Shown here piece after piece: positions 62,341 through 64,000 of a stretch of DNA of 64,000 nt (the first letter of the stretch is position 1; every line of letters begins with the position of its first letter). The notes beneath the pieces are model-generated. The model worked only from the letters and a program-made list of their open reading frames with translations. It did not search any database and was not told the DNA's origin. A program made the position numbers and the translations under genes. Source of the DNA: an uncultured delta proteobacterium. Lineage in GTDB: Bacteria > Myxococcota_A > Polyangia > Polyangiales > Polyangiaceae. The stretch spans positions 448,001-512,000 of the forward strand of contig CAWDXG010000004.1 in NCBI GenBank assembly GCA_963806225.1, written 5' to 3'.

Positions 62341-64000
62341 TCAGATCGGGCTCGGGCCGCCCAGGCCCGGTTCCAGCGCGCTGACCGCACCGGACGAAAG
62401 CAGGTGCCTCTCCAGCCATTCGAGGCGCGGCCGGATGCGCGTCTTGATGCTGCGGAGCGGCGCCGAGCGCATCACGTTGTCCCAGGCACGCAGGCGCGGG
62501 CGTCCCGAGTTTCCCGCGAGCAGGATCGGCATTCCCGTGATCGGATCGGATTCGACCACATAGAACGAGTGGTAGTGCATCTTGCCGTCGCTACGCGGAC
62601 CGTAGATGGCGACGATGTCACCCGGGATGTAGCGGTCGCGGTGGGCGTAGATCTGCCCGTAGAAGTCGTCGCGGTGGATGAACGCCGGGCGTTCGTCCTG
62701 TGCCAGGTCGTAGACGTCGAACCACTGGGGGTGCGCCCACGCGAAGCGGATGAAGCGCTCGACGCTGCGGCGGTTGTCGATACCCAGCACGTTGAAGTCG
62801 AGACGGCCCTCCACGCGCTCGCGCGGGCTGTCGTCGCTCTTCCACCAGGTACCGCTGGCGCGCTCCAGCGTGTCGGTGATGAAATCGATGCAGACCTCGG
62901 GAGGGATAGGGCGCCCTTCCCTGTCGAATACGTGGTAGCGATCGTCGTTGAACTTGTAGAGCGTCATGCCGAGCTTGTAGGCCCAGCGCCATGCCGGTCT
63001 CAGGTTGCCGTCCTGCTGTCCGTGCTCCGTCTTCGGTTCGTCGAAGGGGATCCGCTCGTGGACGAGCTTCTCGATGGCGCCGCGTTCGGCTGCCACCACG
63101 CGCCGGTGAGCGAGAGCATTGTCGCGCGCGGCGCTCACGCGTGCTTCGAGCTTCGGCGGCACGAGCTCGCAGCCCAGCGTCACCTTCGCGCCGCTCGTGC
63201 GCAACAGCGCGGGCACCCAGGTGCCGCCGTAACGCAGCTGGGCTACGATAGAGTCGGACGTGATGCGCTCGACGCGGATGCGTGTGGAACCGCGACGCGC
63301 AGCAACCGCGGAAAGCTCGCGGTGCAGCGGCGGTCCGGGCGGATGTCCCTTCACCCAGACGCGATCGAAGAGCAGAAGCCGCGCCCGCCGCCCGCGGTCG
63401 GGACCGTCGCTGTAGCGATACCAGTAGCCGTGGCTCTTTACGGCGTGCAGGAGCGTGCTGCCGCGCTGGATCACGAGCTCCCCTGCCCGGAACAGGTGGC
63501 GGAGCTCGACCGCATCGACGAGCGCCGACGCCATCGCCGGCGAGTCGGCGTACAGGTACCCCTCGCGCAAGAGGACGCTGCGGGCCAGCTCCGGGCGGTG
63601 CTCGAAGTGGTCGTACAGATGGTGCAGCGTGTACGCGGGCGACGAGCTCCGCTCGAGCTCGCCCCGCAGCAGCCGCGATTCCAGCGTCGCATCCGGGTCG
63701 GGATGCGGCGCGCGGACGAACAGCACCGGGTACGATTTCGCGCGGGCGAGGATTTCCGCGCGCTTCCTGCCGGCGGCGAGCGCTCCGGGTAGCGCCGGCT
63801 TGCGACGCGCGCGGGCGATCGCCGCCTCGCAGCGCGCGCGCGCGGACTCCTGCGCTGTCCGGTTGGGTCCAGCTCGCCGTGTGCGAGCGGAGTGCACCTC
63901 TGCCGACGGCACCGGAGGCGCCAGAAACACCCCGCGGTACGGGTGCTTGCCCGCCGCGGGCGCATTGCAGCCCGCGAGCAGCATCAGGGTCGCTAGAACG
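62341..64000 (-). CDS. Lipoprotein with putative NlpC/P60-like C-terminal domain (5' end probably outside window)
   Basis: LLAGC; EVCIDF..PGDIVAIYG..HYHSFYV. Confidence 0.65.
   Translation of the reverse strand, partial: VLATLMLLAGCNAPAAGKHPYRGVFLAPPVPSAEVHSARTRRAGPNRTAQESARARCEAAIARARRKPALPGALAAGRKRAEILARAKSYPVLFVRAPHPDPDATLESRLLRGELERSSSPAYTLHHLYDHFEHRPELARSVLLREGYLYADSPAMASALVDAVELRHLFRAGELVIQRGSTLLHAVKSHGYWYRYSDGPDRGRRARLLLFDRVWVKGHPPGPPLHRELSAVAARRGSTRIRVERITSDSIVAQLRYGGTWVPALLRTSGAKVTLGCELVPPKLEARVSAARDNALAHRRVVAAERGAIEKLVHERIPFDEPKTEHGQQDGNLRPAWRWAYKLGMTLYKFNDDRYHVFDREGRPIPPEVCIDFITDTLERASGTWWKSDDSPRERVEGRLDFNVLGIDNRRSVERFIRFAWAHPQWFDVYDLAQDERPAFIHRDDFYGQIYAHRDRYIPGDIVAIYGPRSDGKMHYHSFYVVESDPITGMPILLAGNSGRPRLRAWDNVMRSAPLRSIKTRIRPRLEWLERHLLSSGAVSALEPGLGGPSPI

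Overview
GC-rich, gene-dense chromosomal segment whose gene content suggests a myxobacterium, probably Polyangiales-like (inference from the MglA-like GTPase, Ser/Thr kinases, many Cys-rich lipoproteins with DAG/GGTGG repeats and DUF4388-type regulator). It holds a type IV pilin triplet with a PilR-like sigma54 activator and two clear -24/-12 promoters. An MglA-like GTPase and rhomboid are divergent from a long co-oriented cluster (ECF sigma, anti-sigma, lipoproteins, acyltransferase, J-domain/TPR protein, DnaK, M1 peptidase). Also present: housekeeping genes (argB, RluA-family synthase, half purH, argS, pabB/trpE-like, cls, pyrR, pyrB, murI, hom), an orphan ParA with metal-finger repeats plus an RHH partner, a MerR-like/sigma-region-4 regulator pair, a peptide ABC transporter without ATPase, an SPFH protein and NikR. 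I saw no tRNA, rRNA, CRISPR array or transposase. Several genes have single-base frameshifts, most likely long-read consensus errors. Highlights are several apparent pseudo-enzymes (GlgA, rhomboid, alpha/beta hydrolase), the TRASH-ParA/RHH pair, a sigma4-only Cys-rich protein behind a multi-copy CATGGA operator array, and two related intergenic repeat elements. All calls come from motif reading by eye; no searches were run.
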